NCBI RefSeq assembly: GCF_902713615.1
Contig: NW_024055760.1
Coordinates: 62,001 to 126,000, forward strand
Reading direction: 5' to 3'
DNA from: Scyliorhinus canicula
Lineage: Eukaryota
Length of the DNA: 64,000 nucleotides
Part shown: positions 50,430 through 63,420 of the stretch, piece after piece
How positions within the stretch are numbered: position 1 is the stretch's first letter
Layout of the letters: each line of letters opens with the position of its first letter
Notes under the pieces: model-generated
Seen by the model: the letters and a program-made list of their open reading frames with translations, nothing else
What the model was told of the DNA's origin: nothing
The model's database searches: none
Program-made: the position numbers and the translations under genes

Positions 50430-50974
50430 CTACGGGAATAGAGCCGAGTAAATATAATCAGATTGTTTGTTAATAGAGGCTGGTTAATAGAGGCTCCCCT
50501 TTCCCAGACAGAGCTAATAATAGCTCACTCAGCTAAATCACTGGCTTTTCAAGCAGGCCAGCAGCACGGTTCGACTCCTGTACCAGCCTCCCCGGACAGG
50601 TGCCGGAATGTGGCGACTAGGGGCTTTTCACAGTAACTTCATTGAAGCCTACTCGTGACAATAAGCATTTTAAATTTAATTTAATACACGTTTTGTTTTT
50701 AATATTCCCGTATCAGTTTCTCCCGCTGCTAATTCATTCTTTAATATATTTTCATTGCATATCTACTGTTGAGTTCATGACACTCGGAAGTCGATCTCTG
50801 TAACTTTTTTCTTCCAATTAAGGGGCAAGTTAGCATGGCCAATCCACCTAGCCTGCGCATCATTGGGTTGTCGGGGTAAGACCCACGGGTCACGGGGAAC
50901 TCCACAGGGACAGAGACCCAGGAGCGGGATCCTGAGGCAGCAGTGCTAACCATTGCATCACCGTGCCGCCCTTG

Positions 50975-52310
50975 TCTGACGTTTGTGTTTGTTCTTTAGC
51001 TTTTGTGTCTGTGTAGATGCGAAATTCGTGTTTCTTTACTCTTCATTTGTGTGTCGCGATGTCTTTATAAGTGTCATTGTGTGTGTTCATGTGTCAATGA
51101 GTATTGATCTGTATATCTGTGTGTCAGCGCCTTTGTGTAAATTTATCTTAAGTCAATGTTTATATATGAGTGTTTTATTGTGTGTGTTTGTGTGTTGAAA
51201 TCTATGTTTATATATTAATGCCTGTGTTAATATAAGTTTATACTTCCCTGCCCAGTGATAAAAGTGTTAATGTGTCTTTATACATTCAACATGCATGTCA
51301 TTGTCTTAATGTTTGTGTCTGGGTAAGTGCGTTTGTGTGTGTGTTTGTCTGTTGATGCGCGTATTTCATCACAGAATCATCATCGGATAATCCCGACTGT
51401 GCCGAACGAGGCTATTCGGCCCATTGAGTCTGCACCGACCCTCCGAAAGAGCACCCTACCTGGACGCATGCCCCTGCCCTGTCCCCAGAACCTCGTAACC
51501 CCACCTAACGTTGTGGGCATTAAGGGGTAATACAGTATAGCATGGCTAACCCACCTAACCTGCACATCTTTGGACTGTGGGAGGTAACCGGAGCAGGCGG
51601 AGGAAACAGGAACAGACACTGGAGAACGTGGGAACTCCACACAGACAATCACCCAAGGCTGGAATTGAACCCGGGTTTATGGCGCTGTGAGGCAGCAGTG
51701 CTATTTATTCGTTGATGGTTGTTTATAACTATCTATTGATGTGTATTGATGATTCTATGTGTATTCATATGTGTTCGTGTTAGCGTGTGTACGAGTCTGC
51801 TAATATGTGTCTACGTGTGTCCATAAGTGTGTCAGTGTGGATTATTGTCTCTAAATGGAAATATTTCTGTCATCGTGAAATTCTGCTAATGTACATGTTA
51901 TTGGTTACATTTGTGTTTAATATTCTTCTGTCAGTCTGCTTGTCTGGTTTTATATGTTTGTGTATCTGTGTGGACATGTGGCTGTATGTGTCTGTGTACA
52001 TTTGTGTAGCCACTTGTGTGTGTGGATTTGTGTGTCTATGTGTGGATGTGCACGTGTGTCTGTCTCTGTATAAATGTGGGCTTGTTTGTGTTTTTGTGCA
52101 TGTTTGTGAATTTTTGCGCACCTTTGCGTGTGTTTTTGTGTCAAAATATGTGTGGTTCGTTGTGCCTGGGTGTATGTTTATGCATGTGTTTCTATGTGTG
52201 TGTCCATGTGTGTGTCCATGTGTGTGTTTGTGTCTACGTGTGAGCGTGTGTGTGTTTGTGGGTCTGTGTGCATGTGTGTGTAGTGTCTGTGTTTGTTTAT
52301 CTGTCTGTGT
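50975..52310. repeat. TG-rich low-complexity tract (CA-rich on the IgM sense strand) with a SINE at about 51395-51705
   Basis: degenerate (tg)n runs throughout. Confidence 0.9.
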
Positions 52311-54051
52311 ATAGAACATAGAACATAGAACGATACAGCGCAGTACAGGCCCTTCGGCCCTCGATGTTGCACCGACATGGAAAAAAAAAACTAAAGGCCA
52401 TCTAACCTACACTATGCCCTTATCATCCATATGCTTATCCAATAAATTTTTAAATGCCCTCAATGTTGGCGAGTTCACTACTGTTGCAGGTAGGGCATTC
52501 CACGGCCTCACCACTCTTTGCGTAAAAAACCCACCTCTGACCTCTGTCCTATATCTATTGCCCCTCAATTTAAGGCTATGTCCCCTCGTGCTAGCCACCT
52601 CCATCCGCGGGAGAAGGCTCTCGCTGTCCACCCTATCTAACCCTCTGATCATTTTGTATGCCTCTATTAAGTCACCTCTTAACCTTCTTCTCTCTAACGA
52701 AAACAACCTCAAGTCCATCAGCCTTTCCTCATAAGATTTTCCCTCCATACCAGGCAACATCCTGGTAAATCTCCTCTGCACCCGTTCCAAAGCTTCCACG
52801 TCCTTCCTATAATGAGGCGACCAGAACTGTACGCAATACTCCAAATGCGGCCGTACCAGAGTTTGGTACAGCTGCATCATGACCTCATGGCTCCGGAACT
52901 CAATCCCTCTACCAATAAAGGCCAACACACCATAGGCCTTCTTCACAACCCTATCAACCTGGGTGGCAACTTTCAGGGATCTATGTACATGGACACCGAG
53001 ATCCCTCTGCTCATCCACACTACCAAGAATTTTACCATTAGCCAAATATTCCGCATTCCTGTTATTCTTTCCAAAGTGAATCACCTCACACTTCTCCACA
53101 TTAAACTCCATTTGCCACCTCTCAGCCCAGCTCTGCAGCTTATCTATGTCCCTCTGTAACCTGCAACATCCTTCCGCACTGTCTACAACTCCACCGACTT
53201 TAGTGTCGTCTGCAAATTTACTCACCCATCCTTCTGCGCCCTCCTCTAGGTCATTTATAAAAATGACAAACAGCAACGGCCCCAGAACAGATCCTTGTGG
53301 TACGCCACTCGTAACTGAACTCCATTCTGAACATTTCCCATCAACTACCACTCTCTGTCTTCTTTCAACTAGCCAATTTCTGATCCACATCTCTAAATCA
53401 CCCTCAATCCCCAGCCTCCGTATTTTCTGCAATAGCCGACCGTGGGGAACCTTATCAAACGCTTTACTGAAATCCATATACACCACATCAACTGCTCTAC
53501 CCTCGTCTACCTGTTCAGTCACCTTCTCAAAGAACTCGATAAGGTTTGTGAGGCATGACCTACCCTTCACAAAACCATGCTGACTATCCCTAATCATATT
53601 ATTCCTATCCAAATGATTATAAATCGTATCTTTTATAATCCTCTCCAAGACTTTACCCACCACAGACGTTAGGCTCACCGGCCTATAGTTACCGGGGTTA
53701 TCTCTACTCCCCTTCTTGAACAAAGGGACCACATTTGCTATCCTCCAGTCCTCTGGCACTATTCCTGTAGCCAATGATGACCTAAAAATCAAAGCCAAAG
53801 GCTCAGCAATCTCTTCCCTGGCTTCCCAGAGAATCCTAGGATAAATCCCATCCGGCCCCGGGGACTTATCTATTTTCACCTTGTCCAGAATTGCCAACAC
53901 TTCTTCCCTACGCACCTCAATGCCATCTATTCTAATAGCCTGGGTCTCAGCATTCTCCTCCACAATATTATCTTTTTCTTGAGTGAATACTGACGAAAAG
54001 TATTCATTTAGTATCTCGCTTATCTCCTCAGCCTCCACACACAACTTCCCA
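52311..54051 (-). mobile_element. 5'-truncated copy of the young CR1 family, open RT frame 52407..54044
   Basis: translation differs from the 3701..6604 ORF2 at only a few residues (GIPQ/GVPQ, MLQLYK/MMQLYQ); same (atagaac)n tail. Confidence 0.95.
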
Positions 54052-54559
54052 TATTTGTATCAGCTGCCTGTAGCTTTGCCAGTTGTGGGTATTATTGGTA
54101 CCGTTGTAGAATATGTTGAACTTTCTGCATATAAATGTGTTTTCTGTGAGTTGCAAGTTGACATCAGGTGTCCTAATGCAAAAATACAAGGAATTGCCTC
54201 AGGAGAGAACAGTGAAAACCCAGCGAGAATTCAATCACCAGTCTGGATTTGGATTCTGGGGAATCGGTCTCAGCATACGGATAAGAGGAACAAGGGTGTT
54301 AAAAATGCTGTTGCATAAATAGATACTTTAAGAACATCTTTATCATGATGGTCTTTTAAAGCCTTCAGCCAGTAAGCTACATGCCGCCTTGTAATGTCAG
54401 TAACTGAGTTCTTAGTCTAGAGAACCGTTTACTTCCAAACTCCCTGCTTGGGGACTGGGAAGTATTGAGTTAATAATCTCCCTCTCTCTGGTCAGCTCAG
54501 CAAATTCCCTTTGGGTTCTCCCTGCTGGAGGTGGAGATACAGAGAGTTCACTCATCACC

Positions 54560-55010
54560 TTCCTCCTCTTTTGGTCGGGAAAGTGGAGGTAAAATGGGTC
54601 AACATTGCCCCTTACCTCTCTTTGTTGGGGAAGTGTGGGTATAGTGGATTAAATAATGCCGCTCCACTCATTGTTGGAAGAGGGTGCACAGTGGATTAAC
54701 TCAGCCCCCACCGTCTCTTTGTTGGGGAAGTGAGGGTACAGTGTGTTAACTAATGCCCCTCCCCCTCTCTTTCCTGGGGAAATTGAGGTACAGTGTGTTA
54801 ACTAATGCCCCTACCCCTCTCTTTGCCTGGGTAGTGGGGGTACACTGTGTTAACTAATGCCCCTACCCCTCTCTTTGCCTGGGAAGTGGGGGTACAGTGC
54901 ATTAAGTAATGCCCCTCTTCCTCTCTTTGTTGGGGAAGTGGGTTACAGTGGACTAACTAATGCCCCTCCCCCTCTCTCTGTTGGGGAAGTGCGGGTATAG
55001 TGGATTAACA
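54560..55010. repeat. about 52-bp minisatellite, about 8 diverged copies
   Basis: gtgttaactaatgcccct at 54743, 54795, 54847. Confidence 0.8.
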
Positions 55011-55437
55011 ATTTCACTTTGCCCTCTCATTGACTGGGCATTGTTGGTCCATGTTTCTGTGTGATCCTCAATTCAGTTCCCAGTGGGTGTGTTACAGCAA
55101 TTTAAAGGTGACATTAATTTTAAAGGGGTGGACAATGAGAAAAGCAGGAACACCGAGATCTAAATGTGATGTGTTTGTTTGTCTGAAATGGGGAATGATC
55201 CGATTTCTCCTCAGCGGGAGGAAAGTCAATGAAGATATTTTGATGAATCCTGGAATGAATGAGTTTTACTCTGTCTCTAACCCAGGGTGTATCTGAGCTG
55301 GGAGCACTGGTTGTATCAGACTTGGTGCCGAGACCTGTAGAAATCCGGGTCTCATTGAACACATCTAATATCAGCAAAGCGGAAGCTCCATTAATTAAGC
55401 GGCTGTGTATTTAAATCACAATTGGAGGAAAATAATC

Positions 55438-55452
55438 TTTATTATTTTTATT
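55438..55452 (-). terminator. secretory IgM poly(A) signals
   Basis: AATAAA on minus at 55447-55452 and 55438-55443, about 30-40 nt past the stop, U-rich downstream. Confidence 0.7.
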
Positions 55453-55479
55453 TTAGTTCAAAATATAACCAATAAATTC

Positions 55480-55871
55480 TCATTGACATGAATTAACGGT
55501 GTCCATCAGAGCGAGGGAAATGTTCACAAAACTGGGTTTACCGCTGGATTTATCAACCGTTCTGTTGATGATCTTCAAGGGGATGGCTTCATGTCCCACC
55601 ACACAGGAGTAAGAAGCGCCGCTGGCCCACTCCTCCGCTGCAATGGATAACAGGCTGTACATGAAGAAGGAGCTATTGCCGTTCTCCGCCATCACCTCGG
55701 TGTTCTTGTAGTTCCCGGGATTCACCGGCTTGTCATTGACGGTCCACTTGACGAAGATCTCTCGGGGGGAGAAACCTCTCACTAAGCAGCTGAGGGAGAC
55801 GAATCTCTGAGCGGAGACGTCTTCAGCCGAGGGCAGGAGGACAGAGACGGACGGTTCCCGCGGATTGGGAT
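55480..55871 (-). CDS. IGHM: IgM CH4 plus secretory tailpiece; internal donor after 55542 for the membrane form
   Basis: C/W/C Ig-C1 pattern; tail [20 protein letters not shown] with N-x-S and penultimate Cys; G|GTAAAC internal donor. Confidence 0.95.
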
Positions 55872-56042
55872 CTGCAGAAAATGTACAATAAATGTCAATA
55901 CAATGGGGAATTCCGGAGACAATTGAACCGCGGGTTAGATGTGGGAGAAATGTGTTTTGTGTTGGATTTTAAAGGTTTCCATTTTCCACTTTGGCATCTG
56001 TCCGGGTTCCCAGCTCGGAGCAGAGGTGGACACAATCCTTTT

Positions 56043-56266
56043 TTTAAAATAAATTTAGATTAGCCAATTATTTTTTCCAATTAAGGGGCAATTTAGCGCG
56101 GCCAATCCACCTACTCTGCACATTTTTGGGTTGTGGGGGCGAAACCCACGCAGACACGGGGAGAACGTGCAAACTCCACACGGACAGTGACCTAGAGCCG
56201 GGATCGAACCTGGGACCTCAGCGCCGTGAGGCGGTTATGCTAACCACTAGGCCACCGTGCTGCCCT
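56043..56266 (-). mobile_element. poly(A)-tailed V-SINE family C with TSD
   Basis: 14-bp TSD GACACAATCCTTTT at 56029-56042 and 56267-56280. Confidence 0.9.
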
Positions 56267-56409
56267 GACACAATCCTTTTCCCTGAGAATTTACGGATAT
56301 TGGATTCGTAAGTTTCAGAAAATGTACAGCAGGGAAACAGGCCATTCGGCCCAACTGTTCTGTGCTGGTGTCTAAACTCCAAACCAGGCTCCTCCCACCT
56401 TACCTCAAG

Positions 56410-57690
56410 AGGATTGGAAAACTGCCAATGTGACACCCTTATTCAAAAGGGGAGGGAGTCAAAAACAGGTAAATACAGGCCAGGGACCTTAACATATGTC
56501 AGTGGAAAACGGTTCGAGTCCATTATAACGGATCCAAAAGCTGAACATTTAGAAATACTCAATATGATCAGCAGTCAGCCCGGCTTCGTGAAGGGGAAAT
56601 CATCGCTTGACAAATTTAGCGCCCTTATTCGAGGTGATAACGAGAAGGATGGGAGGAGGGGAGAGGGAGGAGGGAGGGGGGAGGGAGGGAGGGGGGGGGG
56701 GGGGGAGGGGGGGTCAATAGATGTAATATACATGAATTTCAAAACTGTGTTTAATAAATGTATGTACGTTTCCCATGTTTATAGATGAGAAAAATAAGTA
56801 GAAAGGCAAGTGGTGACGATTACAGAAAATCCACAGAGGAACAGAGACAGCGTAAGTTACCGAGCAAAAACTTGGCAGATGGAATATAATGTAGGAAAAT
56901 GTGAGGTTTGAAACTTCGGTAGGAGGAAGAACATAACGGAATATGTTTTAGATGTAGAAAGCTTAAGTAACGGGGGAATTGGGGTTCCTCGTGCAGAAAC
57001 CACAAAAAGCAAGTTCTGCAGGTAATATGGAGACAAATTGAATGTTGACATTTATTTCAAAGGGAATAGAATATAAACATGGAGAAGTCTAGCTAAAACT
57101 ATACAAGGAATTAGTTAGACAAGACCTGATATACTTTGAATAGTTTTGGTGCCCATATCTAAGGAAGACAGATTGGTATCGAAGGCAGTCCGGAGAAAGA
57201 TCACGTGGTTGATCCCGAGTATGGAGGGATTTTCTTATGGGGCGAGGTTAAGTAGGCTGGGCTGTACTTATTGGAGTTTAGAGGAATAAAGGCGACCTAA
57301 TTGAGACATGAAAAATTCTCAGGGAGCTTATTAGGATAAACGCTGAGAGGTTGTTTTCCCCTGTGGGAGGGTCTTGGAGCAGAGTGCATAATTGCAAAGT
57401 GAGTGTTCGCCTATTTAAGACAGAGATGAGAAGGAATTTCCTCTCTCAGAGGGCAGTGAAGCTGTGGAATTATTTAACGCAGGGGGCTGTAGATTCTGGG
57501 TTGTTCAGTAGGTTCAAGGTTGAGAGAGAAACATTTTAAATCAGTAAATATGTCAAGGGATATGGGGATAAGGCAGGAAAGAGGAGTTGAAGATTATCAC
57601 ATCAGATCAGTCAGGATCTCACTGAAGGCTGGGCCGCTGTTGATGGGCCCAAAGACCTACATCTGCTCCTAAGTCTTGCGGTCTATGGTC
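56410..57690 (+). mobile_element. degenerate CR1 in the CH3-CH4 intron, antisense to IgM
   Basis: YRPGTLT, QPGFVKGKS, WQMEYN, FLSQRAVKLWN remnants. Confidence 0.75.
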
Positions 57691-57904
57691 TTGCTCCATC
57701 TAAATCCAATATCACTGTTGGGTTTCATTGTTCATTCATCTGCATATCAAATTCCCCCTTAAACTCTAAACGCCCATAGTATTTAGTTAGTGGAATTACC
57801 AATCAGAATGGACCATAAATACCCTGAATGCTAAATACTGACCGCTGCACTGACACTGGAAGTAGACACAATGGCTCACTTATTGCTTCAGTCTCACCGC
57901 TCAC

Positions 57905-58213
57905 CTATTTTTTTGTGGATTGAAATTCTTAAAGGAGTTGGCAGGTCCTGATGGCTCGCCACACAGTCAAACACAGCCCCACTCAGCCAGGCTTGTGTCG
58001 AGATGTTTAATTTGCTGAGCACGCTCTCAGTATCTGCCCCAGGCTGGTCGGCAATCTCTGATTTCAGCGGCTTCTTCGCTTCGCTCCAGGACACGTTGAC
58101 TCCATAAGGACCATTCGAAATGACGCAGGTTAAGGTTACAGTCGCCTCCAGCAAGACCTGTTCTATTGGTGGTGGCAGTATTGTTACTGAGGCATCAGTG
58201 CAAACGGAAGGAT
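57905..58213 (-). CDS. IGHM: IgM CH3 exon
   Basis: 309 bp, phase 1-1, cag / GTGAGC; (D)[15 protein letters not shown]...LTCVIS...VSWSE...[13 protein letters not shown]. Confidence 0.95.
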
Positions 58214-58833
58214 CTGTGAATTAAAAAAATGGAAATCAACCCAAGTTTCATCTTCAGAATCAGGACAGCAGGATTCAGCCTTCACTCACTCAATGGGAAT
58301 AAATCAACTTCGAAATAACAACCTCTAATAATCGCCTTTAAATCTTCTATACACAATGGAAAACCAGTTTGGGTTGTGAAAACTATTCTCATTGTGAAAT
58401 ACAGTCAGCCTCGAAACCATTCTAATGAATCAGTATTGCAGCATTCCCAATACAAATATTCTATTCCTGATCTCAGAACCCTAATATGGAAGGCTGCTTG
58501 ATAAATATCTTGAATGAACTTTCCAAAATCTTCGTCCCGAGCTGGTTTCAGTAAAGGGTTCCAGACAGCCATTGCCTCTGCAATTTAATCAGCTGTCTCG
58601 GGATAAAGCTGATATCAAATCCACCTCACTCCCTAAATTACTTCAGGTGAGAGGGAAACATTTATATCTATACTGATCAAATCCTGAATGGTGAGCAATC
58701 CTAATGCATCTCTCACATCAGAATGAAACACAAACTACATGGCTGTAAATTAGAAGTTATTCTGTGCTTTGCACTAACTTCAGTAAATTACTGTGCAGGA
58801 TGATTTATTGTTTCCTCTGTTTTGGTCTCTTAC

Positions 58834-59145
58834 CAGACGCGGTGACGTTGTGACTTTGGGTGAGCCCTTGATGAGTGACCTGGCAGGTATAGACCGCTTT
58901 GCTGAACCATTCCCCAGCGGAGACTGTCAGCCTACTGCTCGCCGAGAAGTTCCCGTTCACTTCACAGGCGGGAGAGGTGACAATTCCTGAACCCATGGCT
59001 TGTCCATTCTTCAGCCACTTCACCGTCAGTGACTTTGGACTGAAATCGTTGATTGAACAGACCATGGTTGCAAATTTCTGTCTTGTGATTTCTTCATTGG
59101 AACTCACGGTGAGGAGAACATTTGGATGGATGTCAGGTGGAGGAC
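58834..59145 (-). CDS. IGHM: IgM CH2 exon
   Basis: 312 bp, phase 1-1, aag / GTAAGA; [18 protein letters not shown]...YTCQVTHQ. Confidence 0.95.
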
Positions 59146-59344
59146 CTTCAAGAAACACAAATTAGACATGTCATGAAGAAGATGTTGTGACGAATAAAAT
59201 GTTTAATTATATTTTAACAGTTTCTCTGTTGTCACTATTTCTCGCAGGAGTCAGAACTGTGAAGAGAACCATCAATGTGTTATGACCAAAGATTTAAATA
59301 AAGTAATCAAAGCGTCTGTTTCTCACAAATTCCACAGCACTTAC

Positions 59345-59644
59345 ATGTCATTCCAATGCTCTTGTCTGAGCTGCTGTGTCGAACCTCACAGCTGATTTTG
59401 CTGCATTCCCCCTCTGACTCGGTGATGGTTAACTGGCTGCTCAGGGTGTAGGTTCCCTTCTTGTTTCTCACTGACGGGTATTTCTTAACTCCAGTGGTGA
59501 TCGGCTGCCCATCTTTCTTCCAGGTAAGGCTGGTGATTTCTGGGGTGTAGTCCATCGCCAAACAGCCGAAGGTCACGGAGCCGTCGGTGTTGTGTTGCTG
59601 ACAGGAGGAGACCAGGCTGTAGAGAGTGGGCGGAGACGGTGTCG
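59345..59644 (-). CDS. IGHM: IgM CH1 exon
   Basis: 300 bp, phase 1-1, cccag / GTAAGT; [10 protein letters not shown]...[15 protein letters not shown]...YTLSSQL...ISCEVRH. Confidence 0.95.
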
Positions 59645-60093
59645 CTGGGAGAGAATGACCCATTCAACAAGTTAGACTCTGGGATTGTATTTATTAAGCA
59701 ACCAAACATTTCTAAAATTCACGAGAATGATGCGTTTATTCCAACACTTTCCCAATAAATGCTCCGTCCACATCTCAGCTTCTATTAGTTCTATCATTTG
59801 AGAATCACCACCTGTTTGGCCCCTTATTGGAAACTTACCTATTTTTCTCAGTCCATATCACCTGGCAAAAAACAGCATTTTGATGTAATCAGAATGATGT
59901 AAATTTCATTGGATTGAAAGCGAAGAGCGGATGATTTTTCCCATTATTTCAGCCATCATGTTCTCCAAAATGTAAACCCCGCCATAGTCCCGGAGACTGC
60001 CCTCTCCTTTTGAGAGCTGACTGGTGGTGGTGATTTAACCCGAGGGCCACCACACCTCAGGCCAGGGGCAAGGTTGAGAATAGGGGTCTTTAT

Positions 60094-60426
60094 GGGCAGC
60101 ACGGTAGCATTATGGATAGCACAATCGCTTCACAGCTCCAGGGTCCCAGGTTCGATTCCGGCTTGGGTCACTGCACATCTTCCCCGTGTCTGTGTGGGTT
60201 TCCTCCGGGTCCTCTGGTTTCCTCCCACAGTCCAAAGATGTGCAGGTTAGGTGGATTGGCCATGATAAATTGCCCTTAGTGTCCAAAATTGCCCTTAGTT
60301 GTTGGGTAGGGTTACTGGGTTATGGGTATAGGGTAGAGGTGTTGACCTTGGGTAGGATGCTCTTTCCAAGAGCCGGTGCAGACTCGATGGGCCGAATAGC
60401 CTCCTTCTGCACTGTAAATTCTATGT
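60094..60426 (+). mobile_element. V-SINE with CR1-type tail, inserted into a family F SINE
   Basis: head gggcagcacggtagc, tail aattctatg; family F halves on both sides. Confidence 0.85.
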
Positions 60427-60510
60427 AAAATTCAATTCTATGAATAACCTCAGCCGGTACAGGAATTGAACCCGCGCTGCTGGGATCGCTCTTCATCACG
60501 AACCAGCCGT

Positions 60511-60684
60511 CCAGCTAACTGAGCTGTGTACGTCATAATCCAGCTAACTGAGCTGTGTACATCACAATCCAGCTAACTGAGCTGTGTACGTCACAATCCA
60601 GCTAATTGAGCAGTGTACGTCACAATCCAGCTAATTGAGCTGTGTACGTCACAGTCCAGCTAACTGAGCTGTGTACGTCACAAT
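60511..60684. repeat. 29-bp tandem array, 6 copies, AGCT-rich
   Basis: ccagctaactgagctgtgtacgtcacaat at 60511, 60540, 60569, 60598, 60627, 60656. Confidence 0.95.
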
Positions 60685-61484
60685 CAACAGCATTCCGCCT
60701 GTCACTGAGACCGGGCTGTCTGCAATCCCTCGCACCCCGCCCCGCGCTCTCTGTCCGTTCCTCCATCTCTCTGCCATTCCGCTGGATCTCTGCACCTTTC
60801 ACCTGCTCCCTTCACTTTCTTTCAGCTGTCTGCTCTTTTAGACGGCTCTCCGGCTTTCCCTGACATCTCTGCCTTTTCCTTTGTCTCTCCGCACTTTCCT
60901 CCATCTCGTTCTGCTTTGTCCGTGCGCTCTTCACTTTTCCCGTTCTTTGGAGTTTGCCCCGGTTCCTGGTGCTTTCCGCGGTTCTTTCAGTTTTTTGCTA
61001 TTATTATGCGCGGAATCTTACCGCTTATCGCCCACTCTTTGCAGAGTTTCTTCCCGATCACTGCAATTCTCTCAGCTCTCTGCACCTTCCACCGGCTCTC
61101 GGCACCTTTCCCCTGCTCTCTCCGCTTTCTTCCCGCTCTCTGTCCTTTGCGACGGCTCCCTGAGCTTTCCGCAGAATCTCTCCCCTGGCTCCCACATCTC
61201 TGTGCTTGCCCCCCTCCTCCCCACCACCCAGTGGCGTGCAGAGGTCTGGTGATGCCCGGGGCAAATCTTGATTGTGTGCCCCAAAGACTCAAGTATAAGG
61301 CCTAATATACTGAGAAATATTATGAGAAAGGAAAACTTTTTGAATATAACTTCCCGTACCAGCCTCCTAAACAGGCGCTGGAATGTGGCGACTAGGGGCT
61401 TTTCACAGTAACTTCAGTGAAGCCTACTTGTGACAATAAGTGATTTTCATTTCAGTGTAGAGGATGTTCTAAACCGCTGCGTGC

Positions 61485-62400
<916 letters not shown>

Positions 62401-62558
62401 ACACTCAGAACTGAGGGAGTGCTGCACTGTCAGAACAGCCTTCTTTTAAATAAGTTGTTAAACTGAGGCTCTGTCTGTCCCTATTAGGTGGATGTTGAAG
62501 ATCCCACAGCCACTATTTTGAAGAAGAGCAGGGGAGTTACCCCCGTGTCCTGGTCAAT

Positions 62559-63015
62559 ACTAGGGGCTTTTCACAGTAACTTCATTTGAAGCCTACTTAT
62601 GAAATGAAAATCAGGGCAGCACGGTGGCCTAGTGGTTAGCACAACCGCCTCACGGCGCTGAGGTCCCAGGTTCGATCCCGGCTCTGGGTCACTGTCCGTG
62701 TGGAGTTTGCACATTCTCCCCGTGTCTGCGTGGATTTCGCCCCCACAACCCAAAAATGTGCAGAGTAGGTGGATTGGACACGCTAAATTGCCCCTTAATT
62801 GGAAAAAATAATTGGGTAATCTAAATTTAAAAAAAAATGAAATGAAAATTGCTTATTGTCACATTCCGCATTCGCCACATTCCAGCGCCTGTTTGGGGTA
62901 ACTGTTACAGGAATCGAATCGTGCTGCTGGCTTGCCTTGGTCTGCTTTCAAAGCCAGCAATGTAGCCCTGTGCTAAACAGCCCCTGACAATAAGCGATTT
63001 TCATTTCATTTCATG
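62559..63015. mobile_element. three nested SINEs: D(+) containing D(-) containing C(+)
   Basis: D(+) split at gaagcctactt | gacaataagc; C copy flanked by TSD atgaaatgaaaat (62599-62611, 62837-62849). Confidence 0.7.
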
Positions 63016-63195
63016 TGTCAAACTGAGGGAGCAAAGGATGTCAATATTTTTAAGAGAGAGACCTGGGCCAAGCTTTCCAGAGTCTGAACCCTCCCTGGAT
63101 TCACTTCCTTTCCCTTCAGTTGCTGCAAATGACCAATTGATGGTCAGAATGAATAAAGAAATGGAAAGGGGGAGAAAAGAAAGTGTTTTACTCAC

Positions 63196-63420
63196 AGATG
63201 TTGGAGACAGGAGGAAGATTCCTTCGGTGTGAAAGCTCAATTATCACTCACACAAAGCCCGCGCTCTGATTGGGTGGAGAACCACAGTCCCTCCAGTCCT
63301 CAATCTTTTTTCATTGGTTAACATCTCAGCACGCAGATCAGGGGGCGGGACCTTTCCCTGCATGTGAGGAGCTCCCCCTCCCTTGGACATGCGCAGTCCC
63401 GGGCCGCCCGCCCGCGTGGC
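63196..63420 (-). promoter_or_regulatory. captured ZNF-type promoter and ATG-less exon 1 with donor GTGAGT at 63195-63190
   Basis: GATTGG..TGGAG.ACC...CCCTCCAG...ATTGG module as at 47950; GGGGCGGGA GC box; CATGCGCAGT NRF1-type site. Confidence 0.6.

Noticed and set aside
51787-52378. Cys/Val-rich and His/Thr-rich ORFs
   Set aside because: Translations of the TG/CA low-complexity tract.
56660-56712. G-run or G-quadruplex (also poly-G at about 38310)
   Set aside because: Simple-repeat expansion inside a decayed CR1; homopolymer length is unreliable.
50156-59644. IgW or IgNAR rather than IgM
   Set aside because: Four C domains, a CH1 with a light-chain Cys and the [18 protein letters not shown] tail fit shark IgM.
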